The translations under genes and the position numbers were made by a program. From the human T2T-CHM13v2.0 reference genome, Homo sapiens, in the NCBI RefSeq assembly GCF_009914755.1, contig NC_060929.1: 64,000 bases of DNA. The stretch is one strand, 5' to 3'. Position 1 is the first letter of the stretch. The number at the start of each line of letters is the position of its first letter. The notes under the pieces are model-generated. The model did not search any database and had not been told where the DNA came from. It saw nothing but the letters and a program-made list of their open reading frames with translations. This document shows positions 1 through 16,414 of the stretch, piece after piece.

Positions 1-760
1 GCAAGCTGTGGTGTGAGAAGAGCCCTGGCTGGCAGCAGGAGCTGTGAAGTTTCATCCCAGCCGGGTGCATTTAGTAGCTGCCTGACCATCTTCCTCCCAG
101 GCCCTCAGTTTCTTCATCTGTAGAATGAGCAGATAGGGGCCACAGCAGGGATTTTCACACATCAAAGGAGGCAGCCTCTGCTCTAGTTGATGTGAGGATG
201 AGGGGGCGGCCTAGACCCCCTGCTGCCCAGGCCGTTGAGGCAACACTGGGTTCCTGGCTTGACAGCTGTGGGCTGGCTGCCCTTGCCAGCTCAGACGGCT
301 GGCGAGTTTTCAGCTTCCCTAAGGGACTGGCATAGGGTTTTGTGGGGTCAATGCCAGGAACCTGGGGGAAACTGGATGCGTTTTATCCTAAGAAGTTCAT
401 CCCTCCTGCTCTTACTGTTTCCGGCCCTGGAGGAGAATGAGGGAGGAGAGGGTTTTCTATGACTGTGTTAGCTTTTATTATTAGCAAGAGGGCTCCTTTT
501 GTAATTTGTGCATGAAATTCATGTCATTTCCTGGGAGAGGAGAGGGCCGACTGGAGAGGGTGGGGGGCACACTGGGGAAGCAGGCAGAGGTTTCCTTCCC
601 TTGTAGGGGGGTGGGGAGAGTGGGGAGAGGGGGTGCTATCCAGTTCGCCTGATGAGGGCTCTCGAACCAGCCGTTTTGGGTTGTGTTAAAGGTGAGACCT
701 TCCTCCATTAATGTACAATCTCGAACTAACTGCTAATAAAGTGGGGTTCTGTTTGTACAC
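1..760 (+). other. NDST1: distal 3' UTR of the upstream gene (probably NDST1)
   Basis: No credible ORF; ends in TGTA (712-715), AATAAA (735-740) and a GT/T-rich downstream tract. Identity is inferred only from the known gene order NDST1-SYNPO-MYOZ3; no NDST1 coding sequence is in the window. Confidence 0.7.
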
Positions 761-785
761 CTTGGTCCTGTCTGACCTTTTTGCA
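712..785 (+). terminator. polyadenylation signal
   Basis: TGTA at 712, AATAAA 735-740, probable cleavage ~755-760, downstream 'cttggtcctgtctgaccttttt'. Confidence 0.75.
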
Positions 786-1194
786 AGGCCCGCAGGGAAG
801 GGTGGAGTAGGGGTGTTTGCATGCACGGCCAAAGCCCGCTTGTCCCTGCCACCTCAGGCATGCACACGTGCCCACATGTATGCACACACCTATACACATG
901 GTGACTTGGTCAACGCAGATCATTTTCACTGGGTTATAAATGGAAGATTTCCCAGATACAGCAGAGGCCTATCCTAGGGCAGCCACAGGGGGCATCTCAG
1001 GTGATAGAAGCCCTCAGACAAGCTGGATTGCTCAGAAGCCCTGGGTGTCGGGCACTGGACCGAGAGGAGACTTGGGGGCTGGAACAATTTCTGCTACTAA
1101 TGTATATTGTAGCTGGGGGCAAGCCACTTTTACTGTTTTATCCCATTTCCCTCACCTTTTAGACGCATGGAGGGAGTTGGACTCCATGGCCTCA

Positions 1195-1310
1195 CTTGAA
1201 GAACTTGCCTAAAACATGCAGATTCCCAGGTCTACTTCCAGAGATTCAGCTCCAGCAGATGTGGGGTGGGGCCCAACATCTTTAAGGAGCCCTCCAGTAC
1301 ACTGAGGAAT
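1195..1310. mobile_element. MER5A-like hAT-Charlie MITE
   Basis: 'aaaacatgcagattcccaggtctacttccagagattc...ggggtggggccc' resembles the MER5A consensus. Confidence 0.6.
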
Positions 1311-1559
1311 TTATAAGGAGCCCTCCAGTACACTGAGGCAGCCCAGTGTAACTCTGGCTCAGAGTGGGAAACTGACTCAGATCCATGGTTCCTATGGGTT
1401 CTAATTAATACGGAGAGCCCCACTGTCCAGGAAAACTTAGGGTAAAACAAATGACTGAAGCCCTCACAGCCTAATTGAGGGCCAGACTCGAGATTTGCCT
1501 GGAGAAGGAGAGTTCACAGGTAGGGGCCCAGGCCAGTGTCTGCAATGCAGGTGATCAGA

Positions 1560-1710
1560 CATGCTCCTTCAGAATCCCCTTGGGAAGCTTTAAACAATAT
1601 ACATTCCTGGGCTCCCCCAAAATCTGCTCACTCAGAACCTCTGGGGTGGGACCCAGCACTGTGTACTTTAACAGACTCCTTGGTGTTCAGGGAAGTTTGG
1701 GAACACTGAA
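1560..1710. mobile_element. MER5A-like hAT-Charlie MITE
   Basis: 'cagaatcccctgggaagctttaaa...ctcagaacctctggggtgggacccagc...agtttgggaacactg'. Confidence 0.6.
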
Positions 1711-2399
1711 TCAGGCCACCATGTTTGTCAGAGACGGTACCCAGAAATGTGCACAGCTTCTGAGGGACAGAGGAGGGGCATGCTGGGGACACAGCTGGGC
1801 AGTCCTGCTTCCCAGGACCCAGTATGTTCAAAGTGAAATACCACAGTGCCACCTCTGATGGCACAAGGGCAGCACCTGCAGAGCCCTCTTTGCAGTTCGT
1901 CAGCTGGGAGCTTGGTTTGGGTCAGGTGGCCCTCACCAGCAAGAACACAGCTGGAGGCTGCATGGACAAGAGCAGATCCAGAGGCATGGTGCAGAAAGGT
2001 GACTGTGCCAACTGAGGGGTCAGCCTGCAACAGGGATTTTTGAATTTACATACAGCTGAGATTCTGTTTTGAAAGAATCACTTAATTGAAAACCAGGTAA
2101 AGGTGGGGGTGCTCTGTGGTTGGAGTGGGAGTGAAGCTCTGGACTCTTCCCAGCTCACCTCCTCCCTGTCTCTCAGGCTATCTTGGAACCCTAAGATTTC
2201 TCAAAACACATTGTGAAAACCCAGCCCAGTTGCTTCCAGAGGTCCTAAAAGTCCTGCAGTTCTAATAGGCTGAATGAGTAGCAGCCCATCAGCCCCTCCT
2301 CACCCCCCACGGGGATGTCCACCCAGTAAATCTGGTGCCCCAGGAGTGGTTTGGGCTTCTAGAGGTGGGGAGTTACCTTGGAGAAGCCTGGATCATGCG

Positions 2400-3560
2400 T
2401 GTAAGGCAGTGTGTTTCACAATAGGAAAACGCTGGGAACAACCTAGATGTCCATCCACAGGGTCTCAGCTAGGTAACCTCCAGTGTATCCATTCACTGTA
2501 ATGATGATTCAGTTGAAAGTAATGAGCTCAGTCTCCAAGCCCTGCCAGGGAAATTTCTATGACAGACTTATACAATGTGACCATCATGGAAAGAGAACAC
2601 TACAGTTTGTATTTTTCCTGGGGTTGTAGATAGACGTCTCATATCAAACTGATACTAGGGGAGGAAAGACTGAGAAGGGGAACTTTCAAAGGAGACTTCA
2701 GCCTTGGCTGAAATATATATAAGACAAGGATAATGCATTTGCATATCATTTGTGGAATGAAAAAGTCTTAATGAAAAATAGAAATGGACAAAGCAGAAAG
2801 GGGGACTCCAAGCAGCTAGACTTACATGACGATGCGATGAAGGCCAACACTGCTTTACCCAGCCCTTAAGCTCCTATGGAGTTAGGATCTGGAGGAGGCC
2901 TAGGTGCCGGTGATCAATTTCTTGCCTGGCTGCATTTATCCTAAGCATTCGTGAAGACCCTGAGCTGAGGATCCTGACTTTCCTGTGACTGTAGGCCAGT
3001 CTCAGCTCCTCTCTGGCCCTGGGAGCTTAGCTTCCCCAAGCTGACAGACGGGGGAGCTAGGGTTAACATCACCATTGCTGGAACAAATTGACACCATGTC
3101 TCCCGATATGATGCAATGGGAAGGACCCAGTGCAACACCTGGGAAATTCCTAACGAAAACACGGGACATGAATCCAGCCAAGGGGAACAGACAGACACAT
3201 CCGTATTGAGGGACATTTTGCAAAATAACTGGCTTGAACTCCAACAATGTCAAGGTGATGAAAGATACAGAAAAGCTGAGAAATGGTTCAGGATTAAAGG
3301 ATACTAAAGAGATGTGGTAATCAAATGCCATGTGTGACCCTGGAGGGGTCCTGGACCATGAAACAATTAGCTATAAAGGATACCATAGGGACACCTAGCA
3401 GAATGTCAGGATGGACCGTGTGGATTAGATAATACTATTCAACCGATGTTCAATTTTCTGGTTTTGATTATTTTACTGTTATGAAAGAGTATCTAATGAA
3501 GTACATGTGAGATATTAGTTTTTTGAAATTACTTTTGCACCAACCTAATATTTAGGGGTA
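2400..3560 (+). mobile_element. old L1M (L1MC/ME-type) 3' fragments
   Basis: 'gggaacaacctagatgtccatc' and 'aatgtcaaggtgatgaaagatacagaaaagctgagaaatggttcagg' resemble L1M 3' ends. Confidence 0.55.
3513..3550. mobile_element. partial MADE1 (Hsmar1 MITE)
   Basis: AATTACTTTTGCACCAACCTAA (3527-3548) followed by TA is the Hsmar1/MADE1 terminal inverted repeat; the left end is reduced to TA-TTAG. Confidence 0.75.
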
Positions 3561-3634
3561 AAAAGGAAGAAATGGAACTGAATTTTGACTCCTGTTCTTT
3601 CTCTAGTGGTACTAGATGGTAGGTACTCATCAGA

Positions 3635-3667
3635 TGCAGTCCAAAAGATGTCCACCAGGGGGCACTA
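3635..3667 (+). promoter_or_regulatory. CTCF site with upstream (ZF9-11) motif
   Basis: TGCAGTCC (3635-3642), 6-nt spacer, TGTCCACCAGGGGGCACTA (3649-3667), close to consensus TGGCCACCAGGGGGCGCTA. Confidence 0.8.
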
Positions 3668-3848
3668 TTATCCTAGCCTCTCACAGTGTAGTCAGCGCGA
3701 ATGCCTCCCGGGAAGACTGGGCTGGTGGTTAATGGTGGTGGGGCAATAATATTATCAATATTAACATCAATAAATTAAATAATATAAATAAAAAGTATTT
3801 CTTATCCTGTCAGGCAGACCCTCTGCTTATCAAGTGCTATCTTTAAAA

Positions 3849-4139
3849 TTTTTTCTTTTTGTGACAGTGTCTCACTGTGTCACCCAGGTTGGAATGCAGT
3901 GATCTCGGCTCACTGCAGCCTCAAGCTCCTGGGCTCAAGCCATTCTCCCACCTCAGCCTTCTGAGTAGCTGGGATTACAGGCATGCACCACCACGCCAGG
4001 CTAATTATTTTGTATTTTTTGTGAAGATGGGGTTTTGCCATGTGGCCCAGGCTGGTCTTGAACTCCTGGCCTCAAATGATCCTCCTGCCTCAGCCTCCCA
4101 AAGTGCAGGGATTACAGGCATCGGCCACCTTGCCCGGCC
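3849..4139 (-). mobile_element. Alu (AluJ-like)
   Basis: Full antisense Alu dimer. Confidence 0.9.
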
Positions 4140-4949
4140 TCTTTTAATCTTCATAACAATCCTCTGAGGTAGGTATTATCATTCCCATTGTATATTTGAG
4201 GAATTTGAGTTCAGAGAGGTTAAGTAACTCTGTCAGTATCACAGAGCTGGTAGTCATTGATCCATGAGACTCCACAGCCTGGAGTCCACTAGGCTGTCCT
4301 GCCCCCTGGGCCTGAGGCTGGGAATGTGTCCTGGCACAGGGAAATGCCATGACCATGAGGCAGAGTGGGGACAATTCCCCGAGCCTGGCTCTGCCCTTTT
4401 CAGGGCTGGGGACTGGGTGATCCTGGGAAGCTGTTAAAGGTGCCTAACAGTATGTGTACCTACAAATCTAAAACAGAAGTACAAACAGGGAATGGTGTGA
4501 GATGTATGTCTCCTTCCACTCCCTGACCTTTGTCCTCCAACTCACTTCTTCAGAGGAAACCACCATTAGCAGTTTCTGTGGATCTTTCCAGAAATTGTTT
4601 TACATATACAAACAGTTGCGTGAGCATGCACACCCTGCTGGTGTGTACCCTCAGGCTATTCTGCACTGTGCTTTTCCATGGGGGCCTCTGGTCAGTGGGT
4701 GGAGGGTATTTACTGCTCTGCATGGCAGCAGAGGGCTCCTCTGCATGGGTAATTGGTGGAGGGTGTCTGTTGCTCTGCATGGCAGCAGATGGAGGGCTCC
4801 TCTGCATGGGTACTTGGAGAAGCTCTGCTCTATTACACCTTTCAGGGAGTGGGGGTAAAAACTGGAGCTTGAATTCCTTGGCCTTTGCCCCATTCTGGGG
4901 TGTTCTCCCTTGGGAAGGAATAGGCTGTGCAGCACAGTAGTCAAAATAT

Positions 4950-5165
4950 GCACAGCCGGGTAGATCTGGTTTCAAATACAGGCTCAGTGTTGGCTGTGTG
5001 ACCTTGGTCAAGTAATTCATGTCTCTGAGCCTCAGTCTTTGCTTTTGTGAAGTGGGGATAGTCACAGGACTGAGGTGACAGAGATGTTGTGAGGAGTGAA
5101 GAGACAGTGTCTGGAAAGCCCTCAGCAGGAGCCTGCTACACAGTGAGTGCTCAGTAAAGTCTCTG
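4950..5165 (+). mobile_element. MIR
   Basis: MIR core 'ctgtgtgaccttggtcaagt...tctctgagcctcagt'. Many further MIR fragments are not listed singly (~4.2, 12.75, 17.2, 18.4, 24.5, 27.1, 33.2, 37.1, 41.0, 42.1, 47.5, 48.9, 50.1, 53.0, 55.1, 57.5, 58.4, 59.7, 62.9 kb). Confidence 0.75.
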
Positions 5166-5730
5166 CCAGTTCCTGGTTTCACACACATACAGACCCCATT
5201 TCTGAGCCTGAGCCTGGGGGTGGCACTGCCACCTTTGTCCTGAGGCAGATGAGGATGGGCTGAGGAGTCAAGTGGCCCACTCAATGTGGAAACTCATTAC
5301 ATTTGATTGTTCTTCCTGGGACCTTGAAATGGAAGTGGTGGGTGATCTGAGGCGCTGAGAATGACCCTTCAAAACACACACACATAACACCAACTTCACA
5401 GGAAAACAAGGAACATGAGAGACTGCTATAAGCAGCTGCACGTTAAAAAATCAGATGCTCTAGATGCAATGGACAAATTCCTAGAGGCACACAAACTACC
5501 AAAACTGACTCAAGAGGAAATAGAAAATCTGAATAGGCCTGTAACAAGTCAGGAGATTGAATCGGTAATCAAAAAACTCCCAGCAAAGAAATGCCTACCA
5601 CCAGGTGGCATCATTGGTGAATCCTACAAAACATTTAAAGGAGAATTAACATCAATCCTTCTCTTAAATTCTTACCAAAAATCTAAAGAGGAGAGAACAT
5701 TCCCAACTCATTCTATGAGGCCAAGCATTA

Positions 5731-6108
<378 letters not shown>

Positions 6109-6250
6109 CTAGGAATGCAAGGGTGGTTCAACATATGAAAATCAAAGTAATGTACCACATTATTAGAATGAAGGGGGAAAAAACCACATGATCATCTCAA
6201 TTGATGCAGAAAAAGCATCTGACAAAATCCAACACCCTTTCATGATATAA

Positions 6251-6559
<309 letters not shown>

Positions 6560-6952
6560 CATAATTCTTAATGGTGAAAAACTGAAAGCATTTCCCCTAG
6601 GATGAGGAACAAGACAAGGATGTCTGTTTTCATAACTTCTAGTTAAGATTAGAAACTTATACTCAACACAATACTGGAAGTTCTAGCCAGAGCAATTAGG
6701 CAAGAAAAAAACAAAAGGCATCCAAATTGGAAAGAAAGAAGTAATACTATCTCTATTTATAGATGACATGATCTTAATGCCTAGAAAACCCAAAAGAATT
6801 CATACACATACACAAACTATTAGAGTTAATAAGTGAATTTTGCAAAATTTCAGGATACAAAATCAATACACAAAATCCATTGAATTTCTATACACTATAA
6901 TGAACAATCCAAAAAGGAAGTTAAGAAAACAATTCTACTTATGATAGCATCA

Positions 6953-7296
<344 letters not shown>

Positions 7297-7517
7297 TATA
7301 GGAATAATTTAATCAAGGTGGTGAGAAACTTGAATACAGAAAACTATAAAACATTTCTTGAAGAAATTAAAGATCTAAATGAATGGAAAGACATCCCATG
7401 TTTGATTAGAAGACTTAATATTGTTAAGGAATATACAGATTTTTTGCAATTCCTATCAAAATCCAATAGGTTTTTTTCCAGAAATGAAAAAAAAAATTCC
7501 TAATATGAAAATTCCTA

Positions 7518-7946
<429 letters not shown>

Positions 7947-8359
7947 CTACAGTAATTATAACAGTGTGCTACTGGCATAGGATAGACATATAGACCCTGG
8001 GGTAGAATTGAGAGCCCAGAAACAAGCCCTCACATCTATTGCCAATTGATTTTTGACAAGGGTGCTAAGACCTTTCACTGGAGAAAGAATAGTGCTCCAA
8101 AACCTGGATATCACATGCAAAAGAATGAAGTTGAACCCTTACCACATACCATATGCCAAGACTAAGTGAGAATTGATCAAAGACTTAAATTTAAGAGCTA
8201 AACTTAGAACTATTAGAAACATCAGTGCAAATATCTATGACCTTGAATTTGGTAATGGTTTCTTAAATATGACACGAAAAGCACAGGCAACAAAGAAAAA
8301 AAATAAATTTGTCTTCATTAAAATTTAAAAGACTTTTGTGTGTCAAAGGACACCATTAA

Positions 8360-8660
8360 GGCCAGGCGCCATGGTTCACACCTGTAATCCTGGCACTTTG
8401 GGAGACCTAGGTGGGTGGATCACTTAAGACCAGAAGCTCAAGACCAGCCTGGGCATCATGGTGAAACCCCATCTCTGCAAAAAATACAACAATTAGCTGG
8501 GCATGGTGGTGTGCCTGTGGTCCCAGCTACTTGGGAGGCTGAGGTGGGATGACCCCTTCAGCCTGGGAAGTGGAGGTTGCAGTGAACCAAGATTGCATCA
8601 TTGCACTTCAGCCTGGGTGACAGAGCAAGACCCTGTCTCAAAAAAGAAAGAAAGAAAAAA
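8360..8660 (+). mobile_element. Alu (AluJ-like)
   Basis: Full dimer; degenerate TSD aaaggacaccattaag / aaaggacactatgaag. Confidence 0.9.
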
Positions 8661-8892
8661 GGACACTATGAAGAGAGTTAAGAGACAATCCACATAACGG
8701 GAGAAAATATTTGCAAATCATATGTCTCATAAGGGCCTAATATCCAAAAAATATAAAGAACAACTCAACAACAAAAAGACAAACAATCCAATTAAAAAAT
8801 GGGAAAATGACTTGAATGGATGTTTCTCCAAAGAAGACGTACAATGGCCAACACACTCATGAAAAGGTGCTCAACACATTAGTCATTAGTGA

Positions 8893-9292
<400 letters not shown>

Positions 9293-9924
9293 AAGGAAAA
9301 TAAGTTTTGATGAGGATGTGGAGAAATTGGAACCCTTATACATTGCTAGTGGGAATGTGAAATGGTACAGCTACTGTGGAAAACAGTTTAGTGTTTCATC
9401 AAAAGGTTAAACAGTATTCACAATAACCAAAAGCTGGAAAGAGCACAGGTGTCCATCAATAGATGAATGAGAAAATAAAATGTGGTATATAATACAATGG
9501 AATATTATTCCACCACAAAAAAGGAAGGAAGAAATTCTGATACATGGTACAACATAAATTAGCCTTGAAAACATTATGTGAAATAAAATAAGCCAGACAC
9601 ACAAAAAGACGAATATTGTCCGATTTCCTTTATACTAAATATCTAGAATAGGCAAATTCACAGAGATAAGAAGTAGGCTAGAGGTTACCATGGCTGAGGG
9701 GAGAGGGAGGATGGGAGTTATTGCTTAAGGAGCACAAAGTTTCTCCTTGGGTGATGGAGAGTGTTGACAATAGATAGTAGCGATGGTTGTGTAACATTGT
9801 GAATGTACTAATGCCACTGAATTGTGCACTTTAAAATGGTTAAAATGGCAAATTTTATGTTATATGTATTTCACCACAATAAAAATACATACATGGCATT
9901 CAAGGCAGCTCTGTTTATGTAAAT

Positions 9925-11222
<1,298 letters not shown>

Positions 11223-12049
11223 GCTTGGGGAGATGTGACCTGGATCAGGGTTGACTTGGCCTCAGGGGCCCCTCTGGAAAAGGAGATTCTGATCTTGGGG
11301 TCAGAGTTGGAACTTTCCACTCTCCCCTGCCCATGCCTGCCTCATGTGATCCCAGCTGGGGGAACTGGGAAAGTCACATGGCTGGGCCTGGTGGACAGGG
11401 AGAGTCTCCCCCAGGTAGGTGGGGGGAGTCCCAGGCTTGGGCTTTTCCTCTGGGACATTGGGCCAGCTGCCTATGACATGGGAGATGTGCTCTCTGGTCC
11501 CCTGGCCCAGGCTGTTCAGCACACTGCCTTTTCACAGTGCCCAACAGAAAGGGCCCCTGACAAACCATATGGCCAGAAAATGGTTCCCATATGATTTTTA
11601 CCTCTACTGCCTCTGCACTTCTCGCTTTTGATCCCATCATTCCCTCCACCTTGTCTGTTTGTTCCTTTCCTGTTCCATCACCTGAATCCTCCCCATCCTT
11701 CAGAGTATCTTCTCTAGAGCCTTCTGTGCTCCCCTTCCTAGTCCTGCTTTCAGAGGTTTGCTTTTGCTCCTCTGGGCTCCTCCAGCATCCACCCTTTGGG
11801 CTGTGCCACCTGAGAAGATTCCAACATCCAGCACTGAGCTCAGATGACTGATATGGGGGTCTGGACCCCTCAGTAGGTGATGAGCTTCTCAAGGGTTCCC
11901 AGTCCCATCAGGCCCCAAGCATAGGGTGGCACCAGCTGCCTGGCAATGACTATACCCTGTGTTGGTTGATCAGACACAGGACAGGATGTGAAAATCATGG
12001 GTGTTCCTTCTGCCCTACATCCAATCCACAGACACTGGGAGCTCTGGGC

Positions 12050-12240
12050 CAGAGGTTCCCAAACACCCACCTGTAACAGACTTCTAGCCTCAGACTCCAC
12101 CAGGCAATTAGTAAAAATTGAAATATTCAGACACTACTGTCCTAGATTCTGATTCAGGAGCCCTGGGAAGGGCCCAAGAGTCTGTATTTTACCAAGTTCC
12201 CCAGTAGTCCTGTTATGTAACCAGGTTTGGGAGCTTCTGG
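12050..12240. mobile_element. MER5A-like MITE
   Basis: 'agattctgattcaggagccctgggaagggcccaagagtctgtattttaccaagttcccc'. Confidence 0.6.
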
Positions 12241-13131
12241 GGCTGGCAAATCTTAGTCACTTCAGTCCAGTGTGCTTTCTCCCTGCCCTCTCCTGTGCCA
12301 GAATATTTGTTTCTAGGGTGGAAGATGGACATGGATCCCTTCCCTGGATGACCCTCAACAGCCCTATAAATCCCCTCACACTCATTTCCCTCCCTTCTCC
12401 TCCATTAGAACCTTTTTGGAGGCTCATTCCTTTTGCCTGTCGAATTCATAGGCTTTAAGTCTCCCTTCTCCCAGGAGGTCTTCCTGGCTTGCCTCCACAT
12501 ACTCTCTGATCACAGATATCCAGAGATGGTCATTAAACATTTAGAAACATAACATTAAAGAGGCTGATATAAAACATATAATATGTATGGGTTATGGTAC
12601 AGATAATTTAGTTACAACATTTGTTTATGTTATCGCATAGTATATATTTTTATTATATTACAGACAGATACATTATAGGCATTTAGGCCTAGTGCATAGA
12701 TTTATGGGTGGGTCATGATGTAGTAGAGCTGAGAAAGCCCATCTAGTCTGTTACTTCTTTTCTTCCACATTTTCAGATAGGTAAATTGAGGCCCAGGTGC
12801 ATAGGTAATGGGGCTCAGGTGCCTGAGAATCCTTGGCCCCCAGACTCCTGCTCACTTGCATGTAATCTCACTTAGGTTTGTGCAGACCCTCCACCCTCCA
12901 GTTCTCTAACTAGTGGTGCCCACCCGGCTCCTGGCAGCTCATGGCCTAAGGAGGACAGGCAAAGGGCAATTCCCAGCCCCCATCTGCCCCCCAGTGTGGC
13001 CAGGGCCCATCTGCACAGCTGGAGTTGGTTACCCAGCTGTTTATGGGTCTCTGCCTCTGGTGTTTATAGTTCCGCCTTTGGGTCTGCTTTGCATCCCCAC
13101 TAATGAGAACAATGCCCCAGGAGGCGGCGGC

Positions 13132-13236
13132 GGGTGGTTGGGGGACCACTGGACGCTGAGCAGTGGGCTGGGCCTGTGTCCTGGCTTCTGCCTTGCCTGG
13201 TTCTAACGAGGATTTCAGGCCCTTTACAAGGACACA
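13132..13236 (+). pseudogene. candidate fossil PDZ exon 1 of ancestral SYNPO
   Basis: Frame from 13141 reads GDHWTLSSGLGLCPGFCLAWF*RGFQALYKDT, which aligns ungapped to the recalled SYNPO2 exon 1 peptide GDFICISMTGGAPWGFRLQGGKEQKQPLQVAK (9/32 identical). A dead donor-like GGAAGG lies at the expected boundary. By-eye alignment only. Confidence 0.35.
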
Positions 13237-13585
13237 GGAAGGACAGCAAGGTGGCCCATACGGAAACAGACACGCCTAGGTGAGGAGCGAGGAGGCGAGA
13301 AGGCTAAGAATGAGTTTGCCGTGACTTAGGCACTCAAGGCAGGGGAGAGTTGGGGCCAAATCTTTCCTTTTAAGAAAATGCATTTTTTTCTTTCATCACA
13401 AGAGTTATAAATCTCTATTGTGGAAACTTTAGAACATACAGACACATAAGAAGAAAATCTAAATGTCTGTATCCCACCACCCTGGATAATCATGTTTCAC
13501 ATTTTAGGACATTTCCTTTCTGTCTGATATATAAAGTTGTTTTTGCAGAAAGGAGAATATGCATACACTGTATTTTACAAACCTC

Positions 13586-14238
<653 letters not shown>

Positions 14239-14784
14239 TAATAAATTGTCAACATATTTATATGTTATTAAATATTTCTCTACTACATCAAATTATGTTA
14301 TTTCTATTTTGATTATAATACAAGATTATTGTGAAAGAATTGCAATCATTAGTGAAGTGCACAAAATTTAAGGCTCAAATGTCCCCCTCTTTCCTGTCCC
14401 CCAGTAATACTTCTAACCCTTTGGTGGAAATCTCTCAGATATTCTCCTATGTACATGACAAACTGGTGTACATGGTAGAGCTGTGTCATAGTTTATTTAA
14501 ATAATTCTGTCACAGTGGGCATTGAGGTTAGGTACACAGCTGTTTGAAGCCCACAGGCAGCCAGTGTGACCAGCAAAGCCTCCTGGTTCCAAGAGCAGAT
14601 CATAGTTTCTCCCAGGAAATCTCACTAGGGCAGCATAATAAGCAATGTCCTTAACAACATGCTGGCTATTAACACAGGAATGAGTTCCATTGGGCTGTTT
14701 CCTTGTAAGGTCATGTTTGCTTTTACTTTTTAAGTTAATACAATTAATAACATTCATCGCAGAAAAATTTAAAAATACAAATAG

Positions 14785-15539
<755 letters not shown>

Positions 15540-16262
15540 TGTATGTACAATATTATCCCAATTGTACAGATGGCCACCTCTAGCTTTTTAGGTTTGGTGA
15601 ATGGCCCAAAGTCTTTTGGCTGCAAGGGGGCAGAGGCTGCCGGAGGACCCGGGCCTCCAGCTTCCAAGTCTGCACCCTGAAGCACCCCTCATTCTACACC
15701 CCTCAGTTTCGTTCACTGAACTGCCTGGAGGTTTTCCTCTTCCAACATAAGATGTTATAATCTGCTTTTTTCACTTACAGATAAATTGTGACCATCTCTC
15801 GGTGTTGTTAAATAACCCTCTTTATGGAATTCCATTTTATGGATGTATCGCACTTTATTTAATTGTTGAATATGTGGGTTATTCTAGATATTTTTTAGTA
15901 TCATAAACAAAGCTATGCGGAACATTTTTGTGGCTTAACCTTTGAGCGTGTTTATAGTTATTTCCACAGGGCTGTTTCCCTAATGGCCCTCGCTGACCCA
16001 TCATACCAAAGGACAGGGGGGTCAGGGAGACCCTGGGTGGGGGGAGCACCCAATAAGCTGTGCTCACCTGGTTCTTAGCTGGGCCAAGTCAGCTTGAGGG
16101 GGACATCCTAATCTATGTAGAAGACAGCAGGATGCCTTATTCTTTAAACAGTCCTCTAGAAATGGTCTCAGCTGAGTTCAGAGAACCACTGAAAGGCTGG
16201 GAGCATAGCTTGATAAGTGACACCCATGTGGGCATGTGAGTGCAGCCCCCGCGGCTCTGCAG

Positions 16263-16414
16263 ATAGTTGAATTTGAAGAGGAACGAGAGAAAACCAGTCT
16301 GCAAAGGTGATGTCCCCATCTCCAACAGAGGAAAGAGGATGCAGTCCTTCCTCTGCAGAAATGGATTCTGAAATTGGAGCAACTCCCAGAGGTCCCAGAG
16401 CTCTGCTCCCAGAA
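16263..16414 (+). pseudogene. candidate fossil PDZ exon 2 of ancestral SYNPO
   Basis: ctctgcAG|ATA ... AGAA|GTgctc encloses exactly 152 nt, the recalled length of SYNPO2/SYNPO2L exon 2. With two compensating frameshifts it reads ...VCKGDVPISNRGK-DAVLPLQKWILKLEQLPEVPELCSQK versus recalled SYNPO2 LCEGDEVVSINGNPCADLTYPEVIKLMESITDSLQMLIKR. Untested statistically. Confidence 0.35.
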
